A DNA stretch of 61,682 nucleotides, filler included, from Dimargaris cristalligena (taxonomy: Eukaryota), in NCBI GenBank assembly GCA_003614675.1. It is 7 parts of 7 records of this genome, joined end to end, with 100 filler letters (N's around TTAATTAATTAA, not from the genome) between each part and the next. Parts side by side here need not be neighbours in the genome. Positions count along the whole stretch, not along the records: positions 8,887 to 17,646 come from ML003309.1; positions 17,747 to 26,522 come from ML003310.1; 5 more parts are not named here. One strand, written 5' to 3'. The position numbers were made by a program, and so were the translations under genes. Below the pieces are notes generated by a model that made no database searches, was not told the DNA's origin, and saw only the letters and a list, made by a program, of their open reading frames with translations. This document shows, one piece after another, positions 11,741 through 22,604 of this stretch (position 1 is the first letter of the stretch; every line of letters begins with the position of its first letter).

Positions 11741-12859
11741 CTTTGGGAAAGGAGTGAGGAGGGGCGCAATCAGTAAAAGGGGGAGGTAAAGTCGAGGGAA
11801 GGCGGGATAAGTCGTTCTGGTTATATTCTTGACTAGTGTGGGAGGGAGGCCCAGTCACTTATAGGAAGCGAAAAACGAGTCTCGGCAGTGCAGTCTGGGT
11901 GCGATAACTTCCCGATGTGGCGGCATGGTAGATTAGCCCGAAACCCGCAGGGGACACGTGATGGGCTGGTACTTTAATTAATAAGCTGCATATTGGGTAG
12001 AGGAGGATTGTGTAGCCCACAAGTCAACGCAAGGCTGTGTGAGTTAGCCAGGGCCAAGTAAGAGAGTCACCAACTCCGCCCCTGGCTGGTATAGCGTAAT
12101 ACCCATCACAGTTCGTAGCCACTGTCCGGCTAACGGATTGGTCAATCGCTTTCCCCACGAATCCCACGCACAGATGTGTCAGTTTGTGGTGGGTCTTGAC
12201 TTCCGCCAAACAGTAAGGATTTGGCATAAAGTGATGCAAGAGATCTTATCGTTGCGAAGCATTCGAATTAGATGGTATATAGTCCCGAAGATCATCCATA
12301 GAAGGCCGTAGTCATATTGTATCATCTCTTTTGGGGAGGCTCCAAAGTACCAGCACTATGGGGCATTTTTGTGTAAAACCCGGTAAAAACGGTGCGTACC
12401 TACATCTAAGTGGACCTAATCCGGGACCACAACTCGAGTACAATCCAACTTCCCCAATTGTCCTTCTACACTTGGTCCTTTATGAGGGTTTGAGGGGTTA
12501 GATTGCGGTGCCATCAGTATAGGAAACTTCCCAGAATAATAGGGCAATCAGATTGGAAGGAATTCGCTCTTCATCAAAAAGCCGGGGTTACCACAGGTGA
12601 TGGCCAGATTAAATGATTTATCAGTCTACTCGCTATCAAATTAGCTAGCTTCAGGTACAGATCCCTCCTATATCAGACAGTGAAGGTTTCTATAAAACCG
12701 GTTCGCTCCCCTTGCCCGTTTTCTCGATTATAAGCAGACCCCTCACTTGGTTCACTGCCCACTACTATCTTTTCGTGGTCTACTGCCATTGTTTTTTTCA
12801 CTATAGTCTTAAGTTCCTAGCACCACATTCTATATCGGCCATATTCATGATATTTGGAC

Positions 12860-15770
12860 ATGGTCTACAATATTTTGTTAGATATCCTCCAGCGGCGTGG
12901 GCTGGCCGTGCTGGATTGTCCGTCCGAACTGGAAATCGCCCTCACGAGCTCGTCTAGTCCAGACAGCGGCCCTGTAAAAATCAGTCATCAAAACATCGAC
13001 GAAACCTTGAACTACCTGCTGCGAAAGTCGACAACGGAAATTCCACAGAATCAAATTGAGCACCGGTGGACGGTATTGGGTCGAACTCTGCAAACTATGG
13101 TAAGCCCAGTGCACTCCGCCTATACTGGGTCCTTTGGATATCCCTTTTACGGTACATTTATCGGGGTCAGACATGGACACATGTTATTACAGGTCTCATT
13201 CTGCATGCGTCCTTTATATTCGATATGTATCCATTATACTACTAGGAGGCCGAGTTTAGCCAAGACCGCCTGTTTATTAACATTATGAATGGAACCCTGT
13301 TGTTGGCTAATGTCGAGTCAGTAAATCCATTCTACTGTTTTTTCTGCGCCATGGTTCCGGTAAGTTTATTGCACGACAGCCATTTAAATCGATGGGCTCG
13401 AGTTTTCATATGCATTGCCCGAGTTGGATGTATTCGAGCCGGTAGTGCTGTTTCCTTTCGTCGTTTAGCGCCTAAGAGGCCGATTCAAACTAACGAAACT
13501 ATTCTAAACTACGGGGACTGTAGCCCCTCCCCCTCTCTTTCCACCTCTCACCCGTGCTATAATTGTAGATGTTCCAGTTTCCACTGTGTGTGTTATGTAA
13601 ACCGTGGGCCTCCCCCAATAACCAACGTAATGTCATCCACTGGGCCTTACAAGCCCCCGCTTCCAACGTTCAATTTGACTATACGAGCTGTAAGCGCATC
13701 GTTGCCCGCCCATCGTCAGCGGAGTCCATACCTGCTGCCCACTCCGTACCGGCCATCGAGCTGGGTTCCATTGATTCAGCCGCCAATTGCCTTACCTTAT
13801 TCAATTTTATGGTGGGCCATATCTTAGATGACGACCTCCAATTAAATCCCCACGGGTTCTTACAGACTCTAGCACTGCGCTACCCAGCCATCTACCAAGC
13901 CGCCCTTCTGCCGCGTACAGTTGCCAGTGACTTGGTAACCGCCCTTGGGCCTAAGGATCCTTTTTCGGCGACAGCTGGTGATCGGAACCCCAATCCCGGC
14001 CTAGGGCGGTCGTTATTACATCGCCTGGCCCTTCGGATGCCCGAAATGTTCGCTTCGCTAATCGCGCGAGTGTACGCCGCCGATCCTAGTGCCATTGTGG
14101 ACCTAGTGGATATTTCTTACCAGCACTGCCTCGCGCATTGTCTCAGTAAAATCAATCGCCCTGATCCCCAGCTCCTCCTGGACTTCTATCTCCATGCAGG
14201 GCGACGGGACTATTTTAATTTTACCAGTTGGTTGGAAACCCAGCTCCTTAGTGATCCCCTAATGTGGTTGCCGGCCCTTTCCCAATACTTGACGGACAAA
14301 ACCACAACAGTGGCCTTGGGTAATGCTGGCCCCGGCGGTCCCTTTAAGGAAAATGAGTGGCTGGCTATTGCTTCGGCTCTGGTGGCCACGGTGGAGCAAT
14401 TCATGGACTACCCGGGGGTGCAGGCGCTCTGTCAGCCCTGCCTAGTACTTATCGAGCCTTACCTCGAAACCCAGCTGGAAATCCGGGTGGACCAAATGGC
14501 GCCGGTTATCCACAGTGAAATTGCGACATTATACCGTCATCCCGAGCGAATAGCGCAATACCTTTGCATGATCCGACAGCTGACCCATTCGCCCAGTGCC
14601 GACGCCTTGGAAACCCATGAGGCCCATATCCGCTACCATTTATCCATGATGGCGCATCTGGATGCTTTCCCCGCCCATGCCGCCCGAGTATTCGGTATCC
14701 TGTTTGGACTGTTGTTGCGCCTCCATCTTATTTGCGGGGTCAACCGCTCGCTTGCCCTGGTTCAAATGGCACGCGCCCACAGCCAGAAGTTGCTGCACTA
14801 TTCTACGAGTGCCCATCACTTCTTCACTATTGTCCTTGAATTGGCCAGCGTCGAGTGCTTGGCCAATTTGGAGCAAATCTCTATGGCAATGACCGACCTT
14901 CCAGGTGGCTTTTTTGCTCCCCCGACCCAGTCGCTCTCCGATAACGATCTCTATTCAGTGGCCCAGTGGGCCCTTGCCCATTGGCACATCACATCCCCTG
15001 TACTTCCCCTGGGCCAAATGGCAGATGCTACAGTGTTGGGACTCGCTAGCCTAGCCCCCTTGGCTGAGGAAGTGGAAAGTTACCCAATACCCCCAAATGA
15101 TCACGGATCGTCATTGTTGAACCATTGCACCATTGACCAAATCATCACTAGGGCCATGAATTCCATGGGCAACCAAATCACGAATGACATCGGCAGTTTA
15201 GTAACCCCAGGCTATTACGGCCGGCTCGTGGGTCAGTGTTTGGACCGGTACGCCCAGTCCTTTCAAGGGGCCCGTCGGGTTCTGGACATACTTGGCCAAG
15301 TGGCCGATGTTCGGCTAGCGGCCCTGTTGATTATGCGCATCGCCCAGCGAACCTTCCTGTCACTCACCACCCCACCTCCTCCATCATCGCCCACCGGCCC
15401 GGCGGTAGTGGTGGTGACCTACTGGAGTTACTACGGATACATCTGGGCCGGGGCTTTTGGCCAACTCCAAATCGACCGCCCCGACATGGTCTTTAATCCC
15501 CAGGAAGTTCTGGGCCAGGGTTTCACTAATGCCCGGACCGATGTATTGATTCCGGTGGTGGAGGGTATGGTCTATTTTATACACGATCGGGCCTTGTGGG
15601 GGCCCTGTCAGCGATGGGCCGACTACCTTCGGCCGATTATGGTGGCTATAACCGAGGTTAAATGGGCCAGTCCACAGGATCGCACCCGGGCCCGCGATTT
15701 GGTCCACTTCATCGACCGAGGCTTGGCGCCCATGCTTAAACCAGAAAATCCCGGCGCTGAGTTCCTTTAA
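12860..15770 (+). CDS. Divergent, C-terminally short Not1/CNOT1-like protein (~830 aa); probable exons 12860-13099, ~13318-13359 (tentative), 13569-15770
   Basis: Colinear Not1-like blocks: FPLCVLCKPW...Q...IHWALQAP...FDY; YAADPSAIVDLVDI; DFYLHAGRRDYFNFTSWL; LDAFPAHAARVFGILFGLL; VLIPVV and WADYLRPIMVAITE. GTAAGC donor at 13100, GTAAGT donor at 13360, TAG acceptor at 13568. The exon-2 acceptor (GAG) is uncertain. Confidence 0.7.
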
Positions 15771-17209
15771 TGTATAGGTACCCTAGGCCGTTGGAGAATA
15801 TCTTAAACGGACCCTTCCCTCCTTCTAGACCGCCTGCTCCAATTATGTACGTATATAGTCCTGCGAAATAAATATTGATTTGTGATGACCACCACCTCTA
15901 TAATCACACTTCTATATTCACACATCTCACTATTAGAGTCTCCTGGTTTGATCTCGGAGTTTCCAGGGGGCTTCGGATATCACGAGTCCTTTGAGGATGG
16001 GCCTCCGTTTCCCTTCGCAGATATAAAAGGTTGGTGAAGATCCCCTAATCATAGGGTACATAGGCAAAGGAAAACTATTCATTAAACCGAGATGGGTAAA
16101 TGAGCAATAGTAGCTAAGTACACCCGTCCCGAGCTACGTATTCAGAATTCCAATCTGGTATTCACACTTCCAATTCTTAGTATTAAATGACTATTCCATA
16201 CTATGGTAGGAGGAAGGTTCTCAAATTTAAGGAACATTAGCCAATAGGTGATTTGCTTCACGAAACATGCCCATGGGCATTTTAGTTTGTATTTCGTCCC
16301 CGACTATCCTTTAGCAACGGGGAATTGCCTTGCCACTTTCGTGGCTTTCCCGTGGAAGGTATTTGATGGAAACGAAGCCACTAGCCTTACAAAGACGTCA
16401 GTTAACGAAGGCCAATCCCCCTTCACATTTCCTTAAATATTGTCTGGGTTTGCCGCCTGTCATATCCTTGGTACTTTCACTACCAATTCTAGCTACTTAT
16501 AAATAGCCCAATATCGCTTCCATAGTTCTCATATTATTTTATATTCCCGAACCCCCAAGCCCATACTGATTCGCCAATAGCGTATGCTGTTTATTAATCT
16601 TTTTGGAATAGTTAGCTCGGTATCACTATTATTGGCGTTGTCTTGTCTAGCACCCATTGCCCCAATTAATTGCCCTAGGCCATTATATTATTGACTTAGG
16701 CTCATATCTCACCTTCTCCTCGGGTACCCTCCGTAAGCGGACCCCGACTGTTCCCAATTGATCTGTGTATTAATCACCCATCCAATCCCGTTCAACCACT
16801 CTCATTTTTTTTATTTTGCCCCTTCTGTGAATCCAGTGGCCAACTTCCCATTGACCCATTCCTTGTGCTGGCGGCTGCGCTTTGTGGCAACCTCCACCTT
16901 ATATTATTTTATTTTAGTTGATTCACATTCCCTTCGTCACTTGGCTTGAGCCTATTGACGTTTCGGAGGGTAGGCTTATTTACCCTTAGATCATTATCCC
17001 CTTCCAGGCCTTTCCATACTCTACCTTTGTCCTATACCAAAGTTTTGGAAAGCCCTGCCCGGTTCCTGCAGCTAATACTCGTCTATTATTCCCCTTCGCC
17101 AGTTCCACCGTCTTCGGCCACCCTCACTCCGGATCGTCCATGCTAAGCCGTTCGTTCCGGTGCTTCCTGAGCCGGAAATGGGTTTCATGCATGCCTAAAG
17201 CCGGCATGG

Positions 17210-17646
17210 CTACTCTGCGGGGTAGCCGTGCCAACGATCGCACTCCCCGGAGTAGCCGTCCCCCTTCCCATTTTGCCCGTCCCCACGTCCCCAGACCCGA
17301 CTAATTTGCGGCTCTCGCCGAAGCAATCGGTACAAGTCTTTAATGCGATATAGATCCACATTAAGTTGGGCGGGTTGGGGCACCTCGCTCGTGGTCGCTC
17401 CGCACAGACGCCCGTCCTGCATGTAGGGTAGGTTCACCCAAACCGATGCATAGGTATATTTAAACCGGGGGTCGTCTACGGCCCGCCACCGCCAGTATTT
17501 ACGCCGCATGGTGGCGCTGAGTTTAGGCAGATCCTGGGGCCGAATGTCGCGCAATTGGGGCATGGCGTGGACGGGGCCGGTTTCCGACTCGGGAGGTTGG
17601 AGAAATTCGGTGTCGCTGGGCTCGGGGGTTAGAATGGACCGGGTCG
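17210..17646 (-). CDS. Hypothetical protein, C-terminal fragment (5' end beyond the contig edge)
   Basis: Frame open from the contig end to TAG at 17210, GC-rich coding-like composition; no family recognised. Confidence 0.45.
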
Positions 17647-17746
17647 NNNNNNNNNNNNNNNNNNNNNNNNNNNNNNNNNNNNNNNNNNNNTTAATTAATT
17701 AANNNNNNNNNNNNNNNNNNNNNNNNNNNNNNNNNNNNNNNNNNNN
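17647..17746. other. Artificial contig-joining spacer
   Basis: N44-TTAATTAATTAA(17691-17702)-N44. Confidence 0.97.
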
Positions 17747-17752
17747 TTTCAT

Positions 17753-19758
17753 TTGAGTGACAAACCAGTTTGCCTGGAGAAGCCACCCTGCCCTTTTGAT
17801 AGTATTTTTGTTGTTCATTTTAGTGGCCTGACACCACCACACTGTGACACCAGTACCTTTGCCAGACATCAACTTCATTTATCTGACCACTCCCTTATCC
17901 ACGACGAAGTCCAGGCCCTCCTTCAAAAGGATGCTATTACTACAGTCCACTCCAACTCCCCCGGGTTCCAATCCCCTCTATTCCTTGTTCCCAAAACGAC
18001 AGGGGACAAACATCCTGTTCTCAACCTCAAGTCCCTCAACTGCTTCCTTGCCCCCTATCCCTTCAAAATGGAGTCAATCATACAAGTCTGTCGTATGCTC
18101 TGCTGAAACAACTATATGACCAGCATTGATCTTTCCAATGCCTTTCTCCATATCCCTCTACACCCCGACTCCCGACATTATACCCAGTTTGATTGGAACA
18201 ATTGCCGCTATCAATTCACAACACTTCCATTTGGCCTATCACTTTCCCCTCTGGTATTTACCAAGATCCTCCGCCCCCTCCTCGCTTATCTCCGCCGGTT
18301 GGGCATCCGCGTCTCAGCCTACCTGGATGACTTAATTATTGCAAGCCCCTCTCGCCTTGCCTGTTTTCAACACACACAGACAGTCCTTCAACTACTAGAC
18401 CATGTCGGGTTCCTGGTCAAACCCACCAAGTCATCTCTAATTCCCTCACGCTCCCTCAACCACCTGGGCTTCTGCTTACGATCCCGCTCTATGACGCTAG
18501 CAGCCCCTTTGGACAAACTCCGTACGATTCGCCGGGATGCCAAACACCTTCTCTCCATGCCCAAGATCCCTGTTCGCCATGTTGCATCCTTTGTGGGCCG
18601 CGCCCTGGCCCTCTGCCCTGCTCTAGCTCCAGCACGTTTTCGCACTCATTCCCTCACTGCATCAATCAATGATACCCTACGCACAGGTTCATGGTCCAGC
18701 TCCCTGATCCTCTCTCAAGCGGCCCGGGTCGACTTAAACTGGTGGATAAATTACTCAAATATTGGAATGGTCGGTCATTTCTTCCCACCCCAGTTACAAC
18801 CGAGGTATTCTCCGACGCCTCAGATTGGGGTTGGGGTGTTGTCACCAACTCATCCACTCTTGCAATGGCCTGGTCTCCCCAGGAACAGTTGATGTCAATA
18901 AACTGGCGCGAATTACATGCAGCCGAAATTGCCATTACTCTCAACCACTTACATGGCCAACACATTCGACTCTACTCCGACAATGTTACAACTCTGGCTT
19001 ACCTCCGCCACTTTGGTGGATCCCGATCTCCAGACCTCCAAGCTATTGCCCGCCGGATTTGGAATCATTGTTTCCGGACTTCTACATCCCTTTCCCTCTC
19101 CCATGTTCAATCCAAATTGAACCCAGCAAATGCCCCGTCACACCAACTACTGCCACAATTGGAGTGGCATATTCATCCATGTACCTTCCATCGCCTGAAC
19201 ACCCTCTGGGGCCCACACCACATCGACCTTTTCGCTTCCCAGCTCAACAGCCACCTGCCTCACTTCTGCTCTTGGCACCAGACCACCCCCTTGATGCCTA
19301 TGGACGCCCTGTCTTGTCCATGGCCACCCTTGGGGAACCTTTATGCCTGTCCTCCATGGAACTGAATCCCCCAGATTCTTCAGAAAGTAGTCCGAGAACG
19401 GGTGACAATGACCCTAATTGCTCCTCTCTGGTACTCTGCAATATGGTACCCCATGCTACACTCGTTATTGATAGCTCTTCCAGTTCGTATCCACCTGACC
19501 GAAACAATCCCCGCACCCGGCGGCGCTCCTCTGACACAGCAGAACCCCCGTTGGTCTTTAGCCGCCTTTCGTATAAGCGGCGTCGGCTCGAAAAGGAAGG
19601 CCTGGACTCAACGGCTATTAATATCATCTTGGACCCCTCCTCCCAACGTGCAAGACAAAAGTCATATCAAGTACCCCAGCGACTTTTTATCAATTGGTGT
19701 GAACAACGCTCCCTGGACCCACACCAGACCAGCCCCCACCAGATTGCCAACTTCTTAG
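17753..19758 (+). pseudogene. DIRS pol (RT / RNase H / N6-adenine methyltransferase-like domain), disrupted
   Basis: RT: FQSPLFLVPK, FKMES, SIDLSNAFLHI, LPFGLSLSPLVFTK, YLDD. RNase H: FSDASDWGWG, INWREL, LYSDN. MT-like: IDLFAS, YACPPW. In-frame TGA at 18104-18106, frameshift near 18752, in-frame TGA at 19363-19365. Confidence 0.9.
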
Positions 19759-20558
19759 CTTGGGGAGTCTGTCATCGTCATTGGAAACTGTCTATGGTCC
19801 GCAATTACAAATCTGCCATTTTTGAGTTACTTGATGACCCTATTATAGATACCCCCCGTGTTATCTCACAATTTCTCTCCTCACTCGGCTCAACAACCCT
19901 TCGCCGCCCTCCCTCATCTCCTTCACTCGATATTACACCCATCCTAACCCAAATAATAGAATGGGGCCCTTTGGCTGAACTACCATTACCTCGTTTAACA
20001 GCGAAATTATGTTGGCTGCTAGCAATCTGTGGGTTCCTTCGCCCTTCGGACCTGGAACGTACTGATGCTGATACTACCCGCTGGTCTCCTGACTCCCTGG
20101 AATTATTTATACTGGCACCCAAAGATAAACGTAATGGTCAACGCTACTGTAGGCATGTCACTATTCAGCCTTTTGAACAAGCACTATTATGCCCTGTCTT
20201 AACATTTTCCTGCTATATGTCCCGCTTTCCATATCCTAGTGATATGACAAAACACCCAGTCCTTCGTGATACCATGTACCGCCCATTAATCCGTGACCTT
20301 GCTCGACAAAACCGTGGTGTCTCAGCCCGCCAAATTTCCACCCATATACAATCGATAATGAAACTAGTGGATAATAATTCCGGGGGACCATTATCTGCCC
20401 GTGCCCTTGGCTCTACTAGAGCTACACTTGCAGGGGCCTCTTGGTCCGATATACTTTCTCAAGGCTCCTGGTCAGCCTCAAGTACTTTTGATACCTTCTA
20501 CCGGCTCACGCGATCAGTCTCCACAAATATTACCGAGATGGTATTATCTGCTACCTAA
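18762..20558 (+). CDS. DIRS tyrosine recombinase ORF, overlapping pol in another frame (recombinase core roughly 19570-20558)
   Basis: GFLRPSDL (catalytic Arg), LLCPV, SARALGST, GSWSASSTFDTFYR (catalytic Tyr); uninterrupted frame, true start uncertain. Confidence 0.85.
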   Translation: MEWSVISSHPSYNRGILRRLRLGLGCCHQLIHSCNGLVSPGTVDVNKLARITCSRNCHYSQPLTWPTHSTLLRQCYNSGLPPPLWWIPISRPPSYCPPDLESLFPDFYIPFPLPCSIQIEPSKCPVTPTTATIGVAYSSMYLPSPEHPLGPTPHRPFRFPAQQPPASLLLLAPDHPLDAYGRPVLSMATLGEPLCLSSMELNPPDSSESSPRTGDNDPNCSSLVLCNMVPHATLVIDSSSSSYPPDRNNPRTRRRSSDTAEPPLVFSRLSYKRRRLEKEGLDSTAINIILDPSSQRARQKSYQVPQRLFINWCEQRSLDPHQTSPHQIANFLAWGVCHRHWKLSMVRNYKSAIFELLDDPIIDTPRVISQFLSSLGSTTLRRPPSSPSLDITPILTQIIEWGPLAELPLPRLTAKLCWLLAICGFLRPSDLERTDADTTRWSPDSLELFILAPKDKRNGQRYCRHVTIQPFEQALLCPVLTFSCYMSRFPYPSDMTKHPVLRDTMYRPLIRDLARQNRGVSARQISTHIQSIMKLVDNNSGGPLSARALGSTRATLAGASWSDILSQGSWSASSTFDTFYRLTRSVSTNITEMVLSAT

Positions 20559-20641
20559 ATTCCACTTACTATTTACGATTCCTTAGTTTATACATATTAT
20601 TTCTATATTATTTCACTTACTCTCTGAATTACCTATATATT

Positions 20642-20871
20642 CCCACCGGGAATAATATAATAGTTGACCAGCGCTTTAGCGCGGTCTACAGGTATTATTC
20701 CCGGTGGGGATTATAACCCGCCTCTCCCATTCCCTTGGCTTTTCTCCTGCGAACACGATGGTAAGGATCCTCAGAATGGGGAGGATACTTACTTTATTAC
20801 TATAGTTTTTTCTCTTTAGATCGGGAATAATACCTGTAGACCGCGCTAAAGCGCTGGTCAACTATTATATT
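20642..20871. repeat. DIRS 3' terminal structure: perfect 50-bp inverted repeat (20654-20703 / 20822-20871) plus a nested 16-bp inverted repeat (20642-20657 / 20693-20708)
   Basis: AATATAATAGTTGACCAGCGCTTTAGCGCGGTCTACAGGTATTATTCCCG and its exact reverse complement; CCCACCGGGAATAATA / TATTATTCCCGGTGGG. Confidence 0.92.
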
Positions 20872-21732
20872 GGTGGCGATGGATGGGTGGATAATATAGG
20901 GGGGAAGGTTATGTCCGTCCCCCAAAGGTCACGTGACCTGAATATGATGACCCACCTATTTGGATTTTACCCTATATAGCCGGGTTGAACTTCACCCAGA
21001 TGCAGACCTATACCCCGACATTGACTAGTTTGTAAGCCATCTTAATTAAACACAGCCAATCCTATTAACCTTGTAGTGATGATAAATAAAGGTACCCCCT
21101 CCCGTATACTACGGAACAAGGTCCCTACGCCGACTTACATATCAAGGGAAGGTCCAGATTGATATAAAACGGGACCATGAAGCGTTTCAGGCTGCTGGTA
21201 CATACCAAATTGAAAATACACAGCCCTTTAGGTCAATCAGACATCAACGCATCCAGGTTTTTGCGACATACCTATTAAGCTCAAAATGAATAGGCAGCTG
21301 CTGCAGGAGTTAAAGATAACCCTTGTGGGGAGTCGGAGTTCTAATGATTCGCATGTTAAATATAGCTACTGGCTTTGTGGTCGGTGAGTAAGGATTGCAG
21401 AGTAATGCCAGCGCGATTTATTAAATAAACCTCACCTTGCTTTTGGGGAATGTCGTTTAAAATAGGATGAACAACGGCTGATACGTGCGAGATAGTTCGC
21501 CCCCTCACCTAAGGTGGATATTTCAGAAGGACCAGTCCATCGGATAGCTGACTAATAAATCGGGGATTGCCCTCACTGGCTTACCCGAACCACCCATCTC
21601 AGATTACTGCACACAATTTTGGGCCAAGTCATGCATGTCTCCTAAGCGGAATTGGGTGTCTTGGTTGACAGATGTAAATAGGTCTAGGTTTAATTACATA
21701 AGGGGCTTAACTCTCGCATTCTATACCCCACC

Positions 21733-21782
21733 GATTAGTCAGGATTAGTCAAGATTAGTCAGGATTAGTCAGCATTAGTCAG
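21733..21782 (+). promoter_or_regulatory. Five tandem 10-bp units each containing TTAGTCA (= TGACTAA, AP-1/Yap1-type response element) upstream of the GST gene
   Basis: TTAGTCA starts at 21735, 21745, 21755, 21765 and 21775; a further TGACTAA lies at 21549-21555. Confidence 0.7.
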
Positions 21783-21803
21783 AATTATTGGCCCGCGGTC
21801 CAC

Positions 21804-21812
21804 TATATAAAA
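21804..21812 (+). promoter_or_regulatory. TATA box of the GST gene
   Basis: TATATAAAA about 140 nt before the ATG, followed by a CT-rich leader. Confidence 0.7.
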
Positions 21813-21944
21813 TCCGCCCACCTCGCCTTCTAATAGGTTCACCAAACAACTCTTTCATTTTCTGCCTCATCAACTCCGTCTCCCTATCACGCCTCCCCAA
21901 TTCCATCTCCCTTTCTCTGTCCCCTCGACTAACTATCATCCATT

Positions 21945-22604
21945 ATGTCCCGCTTTGAAGTCCATTATGTTCCCGCCACCGGCCGTGCCGAAATTTCGCG
22001 CGCTATCCTGGAATACGCCAACGCCGACTACCAATCGACCTACCCGACCGACTGGGCCGCCGAAAAGAGCCAGACCCCCTTCGGCCAGCTGCCCGTGCTC
22101 AAGGAGTATGAACCCGATTCCACCGAGCCCTCGTTCGTCCTACCCGACTCCGATGCTATCCAACGCTACCTGGCCGCCCGTTTTGGTCTCTACGGGACGA
22201 GTCCCGCCGATGTGAAATCCAACGCCCAGCAGGATGCCGTGCTCGGACAGTGGAAGGATGTGATGGAAGTCATGATCCTCGCCGTGTACGTCGCCAAGAC
22301 CGAGGAAGAAAAGGCGGCTAAATTTGAGAAACTCGGTGTGATGGCCGCCCATCTGTATCAGAAGCACGATGAACTGCTGCTCCGCAACGGGACCGGTCAC
22401 TACGTCGGTAACAAAACCACTCTGGCCGATATCGTGGCGTACATGAGCCTCGAAAGACTGGCCACCATGCCCATTTACAAGGATACCCTGGAGAAACACG
22501 TAGGCGAGGGTCTGCGTAAGTTCAAGGCCACTATTGAGCAGGACCCCGCCTTCAAGCGCTACCAAGAACGGGCCGTTGAGCGTCTGGCCACTTACACATT
22601 ATAA
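21945..22604 (+). CDS. Glutathione S-transferase (sigma-like, Tyr-type), intronless
   Basis: VHY...GRAEISR, TPFGQLPVL (cis-Pro loop), DSDAIQRYLA, YVGNKTTLADI (N-capping box). Confidence 0.92.
   Translation: MSRFEVHYVPATGRAEISRAILEYANADYQSTYPTDWAAEKSQTPFGQLPVLKEYEPDSTEPSFVLPDSDAIQRYLAARFGLYGTSPADVKSNAQQDAVLGQWKDVMEVMILAVYVAKTEEEKAAKFEKLGVMAAHLYQKHDELLLRNGTGHYVGNKTTLADIVAYMSLERLATMPIYKDTLEKHVGEGLRKFKATIEQDPAFKRYQERAVERLATYTL

Larger units (their letters stand above)
17747..20871 (+). mobile_element. DIRS1-type tyrosine-recombinase retrotransposon; 5'-truncated by the contig edge, degenerate
   Basis: RT, RNase H and methyltransferase-like domains followed by an overlapping tyrosine recombinase ORF and a 3' internal-complementary-region structure, the DIRS1 layout. 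Gag and the left end are absent. Confidence 0.92.

Noticed and set aside
21733-21782. CRISPR-like array
   Set aside because: These are 10-bp head-to-tail units without spacers, in a eukaryotic promoter.
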